A stretch of 64,000 nucleotides of DNA from a virus (taxonomy: Duplodnaviria > Heunggongvirae > Uroviricota > Caudoviricetes). The notes under the pieces are model-generated. The model searched no databases, was not told the origin of the DNA, and worked only from the letters and a program-made list of their open reading frames with translations. The first letter of the stretch is position 1. Each line of letters opens with the position of its first letter. Below, piece after piece: positions 1 through 9,230 of this stretch. The stretch is from IMG/VR virus record IMGVR_UViG_3300042519_001716; one strand, 5' to 3'. The position numbers and the translations under genes were made by a program.

Positions 1-42
1 TATTTTAAGCACGGCAGAGATACTGAAACCGCAGTATTCGCA

Positions 43-393
43 ATGTTAATGACCAAAGCAGTTAAAGACCAAGTTAGTCAAGATGACATTCAAAATTTTA
101 ATATTGGTCAAATTGCAAAGGTTGTTCACGAAACAAGTATGAAAAATACTTGTGTTAATTTTGGTGAGGGTGAATTAGTGATGCAAGATAATTACGAAAT
201 TCATTCGGTGAGTGCGTGCCGTGATGAAGATGGTGACCCCGAAGTGCATATTCATATGTACGAAATTAATTCGGGTGAAACTCATTCAGTTCGTGTGTAC
301 CAATTTCCACAATTGGATTGGTTGCTACAAATTATTGAGATGGTGAATAACAAATGTGAATTAACTTTTAATACTGATGAAGATGAAGATTAA
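43..393 (+). CDS. hypothetical early protein (reading frame open to window start, may be 5'-partial)
   Basis: ORF track; frame has no stop between nt 1 and 42; acidic C-terminus. Confidence 0.45.
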   Translation: MLMTKAVKDQVSQDDIQNFNIGQIAKVVHETSMKNTCVNFGEGELVMQDNYEIHSVSACRDEDGDPEVHIHMYEINSGETHSVRVYQFPQLDWLLQIIEMVNNKCELTFNTDEDED

Positions 394-721
394 TAAAATA
401 ATAGTTGCAAGTTCAAGCACTCAATTGAACAATAGAATTAATGAAATGATTACTGAGGGGTGGGAGCAAATTGGCTCTCACTCAGTAGTGGTTGTTCACT
501 CACAAAATAGATATGCCGGCAGTCAGCATATGGATACTATTAATGAAACTGAATATTCAGTTACAATGCAGAAGGTTGCAGATAATACCATTAGTGTTGA
601 TATTGCATTCTATCACCCCGAAGGTGAAGATGGTAATGTAGATGAAACCAAAAAGATTTTTGATGAGGAGGGAATGCGTGAGGAATTTGAAAATAAATTA
701 GCTAACCTAATTAAACAATAA
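377..721 (+). CDS. hypothetical early protein
   Basis: ORF track; 17-nt overlap with upstream gene. Confidence 0.45.
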   Translation: MKMKINKIIVASSSTQLNNRINEMITEGWEQIGSHSVVVVHSQNRYAGSQHMDTINETEYSVTMQKVADNTISVDIAFYHPEGEDGNVDETKKIFDEEGMREEFENKLANLIKQ

Positions 722-725
722 TATT

Positions 726-1196
726 ATGGGAATGGATGTAATGGGTATGAATCCAATTAATAACGAAGGAGAAACCTTCCACGCGAACTTATGGTCTTGG
801 AGACCTATTCACTATTTGTGTGAGTATTTGTCAATGAAAAATAATCTCAATTTTGATACAAAGAATTGGGGTCATAATGATGGTGGTGGATTAAGAACTC
901 AAAAGGAGTGTAATGTGTTGGCTGATAAAATAGAGAGGTATCTTAAAGACCATCCTTTTCTTAAAGGTGATGATGATCGAATGTTTATCTGCTTGGATAT
1001 GTGGTGTGATACAAACACTAATCAATTTGTGAAACCACAAGGAATATCGGTTCAGTATCCTAATGGTACAATCTTATATTCAAGCGTTGTTACAAAATCT
1101 GGTGATGTGGTTCAGCCGGCTCACTCAATATCACTTGGACATTTAAAAAGATTTATTTCATTTCTAAAAGTTTGTGGAGGATTTGAGATATTCTAA
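726..1196 (+). CDS. hypothetical protein
   Basis: ORF track, 156 aa, tight spacing after previous stop. Confidence 0.5.
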   Translation: MGMDVMGMNPINNEGETFHANLWSWRPIHYLCEYLSMKNNLNFDTKNWGHNDGGGLRTQKECNVLADKIERYLKDHPFLKGDDDRMFICLDMWCDTNTNQFVKPQGISVQYPNGTILYSSVVTKSGDVVQPAHSISLGHLKRFISFLKVCGGFEIF

Positions 1197-1250
1197 TAAA
1201 TTATTTGTAGTTTTACAAAATAAATTACTAACCAATTAAATTTAATTCAA

Positions 1251-1586
1251 ATGGAAAATTTACACAATGTCGATTTAGAATTTGTAATGGAAACCGCTGA
1301 GGGTTGTTCAGCACTAAAACCCGATGGGTTTGATGGTAGTAAGGATGGCTATGATAGAGCCGTAATCGGTATAACTGATAATGGCCAGTTAGTCTATTCA
1401 AAGGAATGGATGGTGCGCTTATTACTGGAAATGGATTATAAGAGCATAATGGAGGCCGAAGATAAAACGGACTTAGAACCGATGACTGAGGAGGAGGCTT
1501 GGGAATTTTTAGAATTCAATTGTTTCTGCGCATATGTTGGAGAGCAAACCCCTATCTTTGTTAATACATACGAAACTTTTAAATAA
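1251..1586 (+). CDS. hypothetical protein
   Basis: ORF track, 111 aa. Confidence 0.5.
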   Translation: MENLHNVDLEFVMETAEGCSALKPDGFDGSKDGYDRAVIGITDNGQLVYSKEWMVRLLLEMDYKSIMEAEDKTDLEPMTEEEAWEFLEFNCFCAYVGEQTPIFVNTYETFK

Positions 1587-1615
1587 ATTTATTTCAAACT
1601 TAAATTAAATCAATT

Positions 1616-1993
1616 ATGTCTACAATTATTAAATTAACCTACACGCAAACGGGTAGAACCACATTAGTGAATTTAGAGCAAGTAACTACTGCATTTAGAA
1701 TTTTTGAAAAGACCACGCAGAAATATGCTACCCGTGTTAATTTCCAAAACGATTCATTTTCAATTGTGAATGAAGACCTTCAAACTATTAAGGAGTTAGG
1801 AGAGAAAGCACTATCGGGAGAATATCAATCTAATGATTGGTCGGAAGAAGATGCTGGTGGCGGAGAAGACCTACACGATAGACTTCGTGAAGACTACAAT
1901 AATAATATGGGTGGTGGTTATCAACAACGACCATATCAAAATCAAAGGAGAGGAAATTATAATAATAACTATAATACTAATCAAAGATGGTAG
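1616..1993 (+). CDS. hypothetical protein with G/Q/N/Y/R-rich low-complexity C-terminal tail
   Basis: C-terminus GGGYQQRPYQNQRRGNYNNNYNTNQRW resembles RGG/QN-rich nucleic-acid-binding tails. Confidence 0.5.
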   Translation: MSTIIKLTYTQTGRTTLVNLEQVTTAFRIFEKTTQKYATRVNFQNDSFSIVNEDLQTIKELGEKALSGEYQSNDWSEEDAGGGEDLHDRLREDYNNNMGGGYQQRPYQNQRRGNYNNNYNTNQRW

Positions 1994-2188
1994 AAATGAT
2001 AAAAGAATTATATCAAGGCTCAAAAGACCTTTGGTATAATGACAGAAAAGAATTCTGGGAGATGTATGGTTCATTCGCTTTGGTAGTATTCTGGTTCATA
2101 ATAACTTGGTTCGTATTACTTCCATTAGTCGAAGGACTTTAAAATAGATTTATTTTGTTTTGTTTTTTTGGTTTGGTGATTTGTTAAA

Positions 2189-2226
2189 GGGGTGGGACTT
2201 CCCCCAGTTCCACCTTCTTTTTGTTT
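2189..2226 (+). terminator. Rho-independent terminator candidate (GGTGG..CCACC stem then TTCTTTTTGTTT)
   Basis: GC-rich hairpin followed by T-run downstream of the 1616..1993 gene. Confidence 0.45.
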
Positions 2227-2255
2227 AACCTTCCAGTAGTAAAAATAAAACAAAT

Positions 2256-2645
2256 GTGCATATGTGGAAAAACTTCATTATCTTTGCGAAGTTATTCACA
2301 AAAAATAAAATTCGTATGACAACAAAAAACACAAACAACCTTCCAGTCATCAAGAGATCACTTGGTGGGTTGAAGAAGTTACTGGCGGAGGATTTGAAAA
2401 GTGAGAGACATAAAATTAGGTTTAAACGCTATGGTAGTAAATATGTCATCACTAATAGTAATAGTGATCTGACCAGTAAGTTAGAAAGATCATTTAACTC
2501 ATTTATGAGTAAACTATCTGTTCATTCAGATGGAAAAAAATTACGTGGAATATGCTTCGTCGATAAAAATTCTGATGACTTCAGCGTTGGTTATCAGAAG
2601 GAAGGTGAATTCGTATTACACCAAATAAAAGGAAAGCTGGGTTAG
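2256..2645 (+). CDS. hypothetical basic protein
   Basis: ORF track, 129 aa, K/R-rich. Confidence 0.5.
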   Translation: MHMWKNFIIFAKLFTKNKIRMTTKNTNNLPVIKRSLGGLKKLLAEDLKSERHKIRFKRYGSKYVITNSNSDLTSKLERSFNSFMSKLSVHSDGKKLRGICFVDKNSDDFSVGYQKEGEFVLHQIKGKLG

Positions 2646-2662
2646 TAAAGGTTAGTTATCCT

Positions 2663-2699
2663 GAAGACGGGTTAGTCGTTTCTCCCGTCTTCTTTTTTA
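2663..2699 (+). terminator. Rho-independent terminator (GAAGACGGG-loop-CCCGTCTTC then TTTTTTAT)
   Basis: perfect 9-bp inverted repeat followed by T-run immediately after the 2256..2645 gene. Confidence 0.7.
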
Positions 2700-2771
2700 T
2701 TAAAAATTATTACAAAAAAATTTGTCTGGGATTAAAATAAGTTTATATTTGCAAAACAAAATAATAATCAT

Positions 2772-3431
2772 ATGCCAAACTGGTGCTGGAACAACTTAAT
2801 TATTTCGCCTTCAGATTCAGATGAATCTGGTGAAGGTATCAAAAGACTTCGTGCTAAACTTATGTTTATGCTTGAAGATATGACTGCGAATCCAAAGGTA
2901 TGGGGTGGTTCGTATGACTATCTGGTGGGCAGAGAAAATGATTGGGATGAGATAGATGGCTGGTACGAACATAACCTTCGTGTTTATGGAAGTAAGTGGC
3001 AGAAGTCTGCTGAGGATTTTATCGAGGCGATGGAAGATGATGGCGAATGCATTACTATGGGATTTCAATCTGCTTGGTCGCCTGTTGTTGGATTTACTAA
3101 ATTACTATCAAACCAGTACAGGCTACATATCGAGCATACATATGATGAAACTGGTGACTGGTTCGCAGGAAAGTTGGTTGTTGATTCTGGGGTGGTACTG
3201 GAAGAATTCTGTTTGGATTATTATGCAGGGACATATAAAATTGATGCAGATTTATTCTGGCACGAAATAAGAAGCAATATGGAATGCTGGGTAGAAGATG
3301 ATGAAGATGAAGCCAGAAGCCAATACGCCTCCACGCTGAAGCAACTGGATTTCTTATCACCAGAAGAATTAAAGCAACTGGATGATGAATTCAATGAAGC
3401 ACTCACAGATTATCAAAACGAAAACAAATAA
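2772..3431 (+). CDS. hypothetical acidic protein
   Basis: ORF track, 219 aa, D/E-rich; GC-richer codon usage than flanking DNA. Confidence 0.55.
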   Translation: MPNWCWNNLIISPSDSDESGEGIKRLRAKLMFMLEDMTANPKVWGGSYDYLVGRENDWDEIDGWYEHNLRVYGSKWQKSAEDFIEAMEDDGECITMGFQSAWSPVVGFTKLLSNQYRLHIEHTYDETGDWFAGKLVVDSGVVLEEFCLDYYAGTYKIDADLFWHEIRSNMECWVEDDEDEARSQYASTLKQLDFLSPEELKQLDDEFNEALTDYQNENK

Positions 3432-3440
3432 AACTATATG
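3421..3440 (+). promoter_or_regulatory. conserved early-gene upstream motif AAATAAAACTATATG (includes start codon)
   Basis: one of 6 or more near-identical copies immediately 5' of + strand genes. Confidence 0.5.
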
Positions 3441-3698
3441 GAAAATTTAGAAAGAGATTCTAAGATTGCTAACTTCAATAAGAAGTTAAAAGACATTCTA
3501 ATTGAACTGGCTGTTAATGATGAGCTACCATTGGATATGACCACGCTGGACTCCAGCGTTTTCGATCCCTGTACTACTCCGCTGGTCGATGCCCTGATTA
3601 CACTACAGGAGGATGCTGAATGGGCGTTGGATGATAGATGGGATAGAAGTGATGATGGCTTCAAAGCACAGATTGAATTAATCAACAGCGTAATTTAA
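3438..3698 (+). CDS. hypothetical protein
   Basis: ORF track, preceded by conserved motif. Confidence 0.5.
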   Translation: MENLERDSKIANFNKKLKDILIELAVNDELPLDMTTLDSSVFDPCTTPLVDALITLQEDAEWALDDRWDRSDDGFKAQIELINSVI

Positions 3699-3712
3699 AA
3701 TAAAACTATATG
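3694..3712 (+). promoter_or_regulatory. conserved motif TTTAAAATAAAACTATATG
   Basis: exact copy of the motif family ending in the ATG of gene 3710. Confidence 0.5.
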
Positions 3713-3952
3713 GAATTTATACCAGCCAGCGAAACGGCACGCAAAGAAGTACTGGATTATGCCAGACAGCAGATCAGAGTCTATGGCATTGATGTGGATT
3801 TACTACCTGATGAGTACAGAATCTCGGACAACCCTGAAGAATTTATTAAGGAAGCTGAAGCTCAGGGATTAGTATGGAGTCTCAAGGGCTTCGAGCTTCA
3901 GACTAACAATGACCAGATAAACTTCAATAATATATTCATTAAAATAATTTAA
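3710..3952 (+). CDS. hypothetical protein
   Basis: ORF track, 80 aa. Confidence 0.5.
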   Translation: MEFIPASETARKEVLDYARQQIRVYGIDVDLLPDEYRISDNPEEFIKEAEAQGLVWSLKGFELQTNNDQINFNNIFIKII

Positions 3953-3954
3953 TC

Positions 3955-4170
3955 ATGTCAGAAGAATCAAAATACTTTTTAACGGAGGTGCAATTGCATC
4001 ATATCGAATCCAACAAATGGACAGCAAAACCTAATGGAGCTTATGTAGATTTGTATCCTGAAGATTTTACTGGTGACGCGTGGAATCAAATATGTCAACA
4101 GCTGGAGATTCCAGTTGAATCAGGGTCAGCAACAATATTATACTTTGGTGTTAAAAATGAAACAATATGA
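3955..4170 (+). CDS. hypothetical protein
   Basis: ORF track, 71 aa. Confidence 0.45.
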   Translation: MSEESKYFLTEVQLHHIESNKWTAKPNGAYVDLYPEDFTGDAWNQICQQLEIPVESGSATILYFGVKNETI

Positions 4171-4478
4171 AATATAGAATCAATCAACATGACGAAATGG
4201 AATTCGATGTAATCGTCGAAGATGGTGGCGTGGTATCTGTTTACCATAATGATGAAAATCAGGTTAGCACGTATTACCAAGATAGGCTCACAGAAGATAT
4301 GAGTCCTGATGAGATCTGGGAGACTCTAGGCGAGGGAAAAGCCTATATAAAGGATTGGCCTGAAGGGACTACTAGAGAAGAGATTATTAAGGACGCATTG
4401 AACTGGCTCGTATTACCTGAACCAGAAAGCTGGGAGCTAGATGAAACTATCTGGAGCAAATTTGAATTGAGCTGGTAA
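4167..4478 (+). CDS. hypothetical acidic protein
   Basis: ORF track, ATGA overlap with upstream gene. Confidence 0.5.
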   Translation: MKYRINQHDEMEFDVIVEDGGVVSVYHNDENQVSTYYQDRLTEDMSPDEIWETLGEGKAYIKDWPEGTTREEIIKDALNWLVLPEPESWELDETIWSKFELSW

Positions 4479-4543
4479 CAAAAAAAATATTTTGTTAATT
4501 AAATAATTTTATTTATCTTCGCATACACAAAAAATATATAGTC

Positions 4544-5329
4544 ATGCATAAAAAATTTCTGTTTATGAATTACAAGACAAAAGCCGACGCAAAGCGTATT
4601 ACAGGCTTGAGCTATCTAGGTGGGATCAACACTAGCTCAAAGATCGCAAAAGGACTCAAGTATGACGAGATGACCTACATCCTTTATCTGGCTCCTGCTA
4701 AATCTAGCGGCTACGAGGTTTGCCCTATGCGCAGCAAAGAATGCACAGCTGCCTGCTTAAATGAGAGCGGGCATAACAGAATCGATATTCATGATAATAC
4801 AATTAATAAGGCGCGTATTACCAAGACGAAGTTATTTTTTGAGAATCGTCCTTTCTTTATGGGCTGGCTTATCGATGAGATCAGAAGCGCGCAGCGTAAA
4901 GCAATTGCAGCTGGCAAGAACTTCAGCGTGCGCCTGAACGGTACTAGTGACTTAAGCCCTGAACAGTTTCACCTGGATGGCAAAAACATCCTGGAGCTGT
5001 TCCCAGATGTACAGTTCTATGATTATACTAAAGTCTTCAAGCGTATACAGCTCGCGAAAAAATACAGTAACTATGATTTGACTTTTAGCTTCAGCGGAAA
5101 TAATATTGCTGAGTCACTGTTGGCCCTTGAGCAGGAGATCAGAGTAGCTGTAGTATTTGAAGAGGTTCCTGCACAGTACTGGGGCGTCCAGGTCGTTGAC
5201 GGCGATGCATATGATATGAGATATCAAGATCCAGGGAAGGTCGTGATCGGCCTGAAGTATAAGAAGGTGAGAAATAAAATAGATTTATCTAAAAGTAAAT
5301 TTATTGTTGCCAAAGAAAATATTTTGTAA
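4544..5329 (+). CDS. hypothetical protein with Cys cluster (CPMRSKECTAACL)
   Basis: ORF track, 261 aa, GC-richer composition; no family recognised with certainty. Confidence 0.5.
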   Translation: MHKKFLFMNYKTKADAKRITGLSYLGGINTSSKIAKGLKYDEMTYILYLAPAKSSGYEVCPMRSKECTAACLNESGHNRIDIHDNTINKARITKTKLFFENRPFFMGWLIDEIRSAQRKAIAAGKNFSVRLNGTSDLSPEQFHLDGKNILELFPDVQFYDYTKVFKRIQLAKKYSNYDLTFSFSGNNIAESLLALEQEIRVAVVFEEVPAQYWGVQVVDGDAYDMRYQDPGKVVIGLKYKKVRNKIDLSKSKFIVAKENIL

Positions 5330-5352
5330 CATTGTAAAAAAAAAAACACACT

Positions 5353-5694
5353 ATGGATTATGTAATGGAAATTTCTAGAATGCGCGATACTCTCCATAAG
5401 GAGATTATCCTTACAATGATAACAGATAACCGTCTGGAGAAAGACGAATACCTGATAACATTTAATCGCCCAGTTGAGTGCACGGTAATATATTATAGGC
5501 CAACAATACATGAGGGCACTGAAAATGTTATTATAACTGGAATTGACGGCGTATCAAATGAATTGATGGCAGTTAACGAAGACCATAATGATCGTTTTGT
5601 TTTTTACAGCGATCTCAGGATGGAAGATCTAGCCCTGATTCATAGAATAGTAATGACAAAAAATTATACAATAAAACAATTTCAATTATGTTAG
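5353..5694 (+). CDS. hypothetical protein
   Basis: ORF track, 113 aa. Confidence 0.5.
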   Translation: MDYVMEISRMRDTLHKEIILTMITDNRLEKDEYLITFNRPVECTVIYYRPTIHEGTENVIITGIDGVSNELMAVNEDHNDRFVFYSDLRMEDLALIHRIVMTKNYTIKQFQLC

Positions 5695-6074
5695 AACAGC
5701 TATCAACGCTAGTGAGAAAGCCGAGTAAAATTGATGAGGCGGAGCTAGATAAAATCGGATGGACATCCAGGCGCAATAAGGTCCTGGATTATATGGATCG
5801 GGACCAGGTATTACAAAGGCTCCTGGCGGATTTTAAAATCGTTAATGATCACCTAAAGCAGATAAGATCTACCAGGGATGTAAAGATCTATTATACAGAA
5901 CTTGAAAAAGCTGGCACGTACTACACGTACGCCAGATGCATCTTCAATGTTAACGGTAAGCAAACAGAATTCAGGAAGTACCTGGGAAAGAGCGACGATT
6001 TAAAACCAGGTGACATTGACGAAGACTTTTTAAAACAAATCTTTTTAAAGAAGTTAAAAAATTTCTTGGTATAA
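5688..6074 (+). CDS. hypothetical protein
   Basis: ORF track, 128 aa, 7-nt overlap. Confidence 0.5.
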   Translation: MLEQLSTLVRKPSKIDEAELDKIGWTSRRNKVLDYMDRDQVLQRLLADFKIVNDHLKQIRSTRDVKIYYTELEKAGTYYTYARCIFNVNGKQTEFRKYLGKSDDLKPGDIDEDFLKQIFLKKLKNFLV

Positions 6075-6115
6075 TCAACCAGGTTTATTACTTTTACAAT
6101 CTAATCTAAAAAACA

Positions 6116-6325
6116 ATGGAACCATATAAAGTAAAAGCAAATGAAGAATTTTTTACCAATGTTATCCATGTACTACGCGAAGGCGGCGTATGGGGTTGGC
6201 CTGATGCGGCGGTCCTGTTTACGAAGCGTGGAGATAAATTAATTGGTAATGAAATCGCAAACAGGGAAGCAAAGAAAATTGTTAGCGAAGAATTTTTTAA
6301 CAAGCACTTTGAAGTTTTAAAATAA
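6116..6325 (+). CDS. hypothetical protein
   Basis: ORF track, 69 aa. Confidence 0.45.
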   Translation: MEPYKVKANEEFFTNVIHVLREGGVWGWPDAAVLFTKRGDKLIGNEIANREAKKIVSEEFFNKHFEVLK

Positions 6326-6334
6326 AACTATATG
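6315..6334 (+). promoter_or_regulatory. conserved motif TTTTAAAATAAAACTATATG
   Basis: motif copy ending in ATG of gene 6332. Confidence 0.5.
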
Positions 6335-6730
6335 AAATCAATTAAAGTTAGATTTAACCTGGCAGCCGGTAAGAATTATATGACCTGGAAGATTGACATT
6401 CCAGGACAGCCGGCTAGGTATGTAAACCCGGATGCTGTACAGCTGCGTATGACGGGCTGCACAATTAAGAACCAGAAATCAACAGCTAGCAAGATTCACC
6501 AGGGCGCGCACAAAAGCGTATGTGCCTGGATTCTCTGCAACGAGATCAGCATCCTGGCAGATCTGGATGGGCCAAGTATTACACAGCTAAAAAATTATGA
6601 GCAGCTGTCATATAATCCCCGCGTGCAGCCCAACTGGTTATGCGGGGGACAGAATGTGGACAATGAATCGTATGACAACATTGTTAGTATGGGGAAAACT
6701 TTATTTGTGGAATTAAAAAACATTTCTTAA
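6332..6730 (+). CDS. hypothetical protein
   Basis: ORF track, 132 aa. Confidence 0.5.
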   Translation: MKSIKVRFNLAAGKNYMTWKIDIPGQPARYVNPDAVQLRMTGCTIKNQKSTASKIHQGAHKSVCAWILCNEISILADLDGPSITQLKNYEQLSYNPRVQPNWLCGGQNVDNESYDNIVSMGKTLFVELKNIS

Positions 6731-6751
6731 TATTACAAAAAAAATAAAACA

Positions 6752-7018
6752 ATGGAAAAAGTAGCAAAGTACAAAGCGGCTGCGCAAAGATGGGCAGCAA
6801 GATGGAAAGTTGAGGAGCAACACGCAATAGATGTTGCAGCATCAATATTGATGACTCGTGATAAAGTTATGATGGGCGGTAGCTTCGCTCAAGCGATTGT
6901 AGATAATAATCTGCGTGAAGCTATTAACCGAGCGGATGATACTTGTATCAAGTATTTAAAGTTCTTCAGCATCATCAACTATAACTGTGGTAGTTATGAA
7001 ATCGAAAACGGACAATAA
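6752..7018 (+). CDS. hypothetical protein
   Basis: ORF track, 88 aa. Confidence 0.5.
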   Translation: MEKVAKYKAAAQRWAARWKVEEQHAIDVAASILMTRDKVMMGGSFAQAIVDNNLREAINRADDTCIKYLKFFSIINYNCGSYEIENGQ

Positions 7019-7019
7019 G

Positions 7020-7193
7020 ATGACTAAGAATCAAATCGAACAAAAGATTGGGGAGTTGAAATCATTAAAGCTCCCACAATTAAATAAGCGAAGCAAAGCT
7101 CACCACGACTGGAAGCTGGAGATGGAGAAGCTAACTAGTTTACTGGATGGAGAAATTAATAAGATGAATAACCTTTTAAATAAAACTATATGA
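7020..7193 (+). CDS. hypothetical small coiled-coil protein (start moved to internal ATG right after upstream stop)
   Basis: track ORF 6987..7193 begins at a GTG inside the upstream gene; ATG at 7020 lies 1 nt after the upstream TAA. Confidence 0.4.
   Translation: MTKNQIEQKIGELKSLKLPQLNKRSKAHHDWKLEMEKLTSLLDGEINKMNNLLNKTI
7174..7192 (+). promoter_or_regulatory. conserved motif TTTTAAATAAAACTATATG
   Basis: motif copy ending in ATG of gene 7190. Confidence 0.5.
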
Positions 7194-7417
7194 AAGCTCT
7201 AACAAAAGGAGAACTAATGGATTTCTGGGTGAAGTATGCATATGACAAGCGAGGTGTATGGGACAACGACCCAAGCAAACCCCTGCGCACAGATACTTGG
7301 TGCGATTATCTTTATGATAACTACTGGGAGATTATGCGATTGCAGGGACTCACCAGAAACGATGTCTTCTACGGGATGAGATTCCCAATCAACAGATTTA
7401 AAAAGAATTTAAAATAG
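7190..7417 (+). CDS. hypothetical protein
   Basis: ORF track, 75 aa. Confidence 0.5.
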   Translation: MKALTKGELMDFWVKYAYDKRGVWDNDPSKPLRTDTWCDYLYDNYWEIMRLQGLTRNDVFYGMRFPINRFKKNLK

Positions 7418-7423
7418 ATTTAT

Positions 7424-7741
7424 ATGAAAGCTATATTCATTGATGCAAAAAATCGTCAGGTATCCATTATTGAGAATAAGGGACAGCTGGAAGACAAATA
7501 CTTAATCCTGAAGGTCGACATGGTGGAGATTGGTTTTTACTGGGAGAATGGAGATACTCTATGGGTTGATGAGGAAGGATTAATTAACGGAACCGATTAT
7601 GGATTTCAACTGGAAGGTAGAGAGTTCATGGGCAACGGCTTAATCTACGGGACTAATGTTGAGAACCCTGAATTATGTGATTCCGCCGTTACTCCATTAA
7701 AAGATATCAAAATTAAATTCTTCACCTTAATACCAGCATAA
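7424..7741 (+). CDS. hypothetical protein
   Basis: ORF track, 105 aa, preceded by motif variant TTTAAAATAGATTTATATG. Confidence 0.5.
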   Translation: MKAIFIDAKNRQVSIIENKGQLEDKYLILKVDMVEIGFYWENGDTLWVDEEGLINGTDYGFQLEGREFMGNGLIYGTNVENPELCDSAVTPLKDIKIKFFTLIPA

Positions 7742-8157
7742 TGGCAACACCACTTATACACGCACAGTCCTCTGTCAAGAAATGGAGAGGATGTACAGAC
7801 GACTATGTATCCATCCATGCCAAGATGGATTGCAGCAAGAAGTATTTTCCTGATAACAGGCACAGGCTGCTAACGCATAATATGTTCTTTATCTTTGAGG
7901 TAATCATTCCCCTGTATGGTGAATATATAGTTAACTCGGATGGTAGAAGCGTAAGCGTTAAAGATATCTGCGAGCTTCACATCCTGGAGGATTATCATAT
8001 GAAGTATATCCCGACGCCGCAAGACTGGCTGGAAAACTTGCAGCTCAAGCCCTGGATGAATAACGGCCTGGGAGAAGCACCATCATCCGCCAAGCTACGC
8101 TTCCCAGATGGAATAGTTAGAACAGAAACAAAAACAGTTAGAGAATATATTGATTAA
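7741..8157 (+). CDS. hypothetical protein
   Basis: ORF track, 138 aa. Confidence 0.5.
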   Translation: MATPLIHAQSSVKKWRGCTDDYVSIHAKMDCSKKYFPDNRHRLLTHNMFFIFEVIIPLYGEYIVNSDGRSVSVKDICELHILEDYHMKYIPTPQDWLENLQLKPWMNNGLGEAPSSAKLRFPDGIVRTETKTVREYID

Positions 8158-8175
8158 CCCATAAACCTTATTATT

Positions 8176-8628
8176 ATGTCTGAAATAAAAAAAACAAAAA
8201 GAGAAACAATCGCTCAACTAGCAGAAAAGTTCCCTGGTGTCGCCACATTTGAAGTCGCTTATCAGGGCGCAGGTGATAACTTTGATTCATTCTTTGATTT
8301 CATAATGAAAGATTCAGCAGGTAATGAAATTGAATCATCACAAACTGATGAGGATAGTTTTTTAACCATTGCTGATGATTACATATGGCACATATTTGAC
8401 AAAGCGCAGAGCCAGCCAGATTTTAATAACGACGGCTCGGAAGGTAAAGTTATCTTTGATATGATAAACAAAGTTGTTATCCTGGAAGTAACCTACCTGG
8501 AAGATGTAACCCCAGATTATGACGGTGATGAAGACGACCCAGACTATGATGAGAAGCGTGATGAGTACTGGGATAATATGGATGAAAGGGACTGGGAATA
8601 TCATGTCCAGAAGCCTGAAGAATTCTAA
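8176..8628 (+). CDS. hypothetical strongly acidic protein (DNA-mimic / Ocr-like candidate)
   Basis: 150 aa with dense D/E runs (DYDGDEDDPDYDEKRDEYWDNMDERDWEY); early-region location. Confidence 0.5.
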   Translation: MSEIKKTKRETIAQLAEKFPGVATFEVAYQGAGDNFDSFFDFIMKDSAGNEIESSQTDEDSFLTIADDYIWHIFDKAQSQPDFNNDGSEGKVIFDMINKVVILEVTYLEDVTPDYDGDEDDPDYDEKRDEYWDNMDERDWEYHVQKPEEF

Positions 8629-8645
8629 TCCGCCAGTCGGGCTAG

Positions 8646-8690
8646 CTCCCGCTTGTGCTGCAAGCTTGCGCAGCGGGATCACACTTTTTA
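8646..8690 (+). terminator. Rho-independent terminator candidate (CCCGCT..AGCGGG hairpin with internal GCAAGCTTGC palindrome, then CTTTTTAAT)
   Basis: GC-rich inverted repeat plus T-run directly after the 8176..8628 gene. Confidence 0.5.
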
Positions 8691-8692
8691 AT

Positions 8693-8715
8693 CTTAAATA
8701 AAACTATTTCAAATG
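8693..8715 (+). promoter_or_regulatory. motif variant CTTAAATAAAACTATTTCAAATG
   Basis: variant of the conserved upstream motif, ends in ATG of gene 8713. Confidence 0.4.
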
Positions 8716-8967
8716 GAAGATAGATCATTTAGAGTTGTATGGGAGATCGATGTAGATGCTCCTGATGCAAGGACAGCTGCTGTCCAAGCACATGACAGTG
8801 TCATCAACGGGCTAGCTTCAGTATACGAAATTCATGAGTGGGACCAGCCGGATATGATTACCGCAACCCCGGTTGCGATGATTGATGTGAAGGAACCGGA
8901 TGCCGATCTACCGGTCCCAGACAGAAGGATCTTTAACGAAAACTACATGGGCCCCACAATTATTTAA
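8713..8967 (+). CDS. hypothetical protein
   Basis: ORF track, 84 aa. Confidence 0.5.
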   Translation: MEDRSFRVVWEIDVDAPDARTAAVQAHDSVINGLASVYEIHEWDQPDMITATPVAMIDVKEPDADLPVPDRRIFNENYMGPTII

Positions 8968-8979
8968 GGGACCTAATCA

Positions 8980-8998
8980 TTTAAAATAAAACTATATG
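8980..8998 (+). promoter_or_regulatory. conserved motif TTTAAAATAAAACTATATG
   Basis: exact motif copy ending in ATG of gene 8996. Confidence 0.5.
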
Positions 8999-9184
8999 AA
9001 TCCTCAAATCTTAAAGCTATGGATAGAGTCAAGAAGATCTCATGTCCAGTATTGTCAAGCAATTGGTATTAAATTTACCGAACAAGAAGCTAACGCCATC
9101 CTCAGCATCCTGAACGAACTGGAAGAAGACTTCAACCTGGAGCTATACGCAAAGGAAGAATATCAATTCCAAAATAATTTTTGA
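8996..9184 (+). CDS. hypothetical protein
   Basis: ORF track, 62 aa. Confidence 0.45.
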   Translation: MNPQILKLWIESRRSHVQYCQAIGIKFTEQEANAILSILNELEEDFNLELYAKEEYQFQNNF

Positions 9185-9230
9185 TTTTAAGAAAATATTC
9201 TTAACTTCACTAAAATAAAAAAACACTCGT

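Noticed and set aside
1833-3685. Numerous ORFs overlapping or antisense to longer genes (e.g. 1833..2039, 1871..2074, 2817..3068, 2956..3270, 3097..3360, 3221..3406, 3434..3685)
   Set aside because: They lie entirely within or opposite better-supported genes that have good spacing and the conserved upstream motif. Hydrophobic or low-complexity translations are typical of shadow frames in AT-rich DNA.
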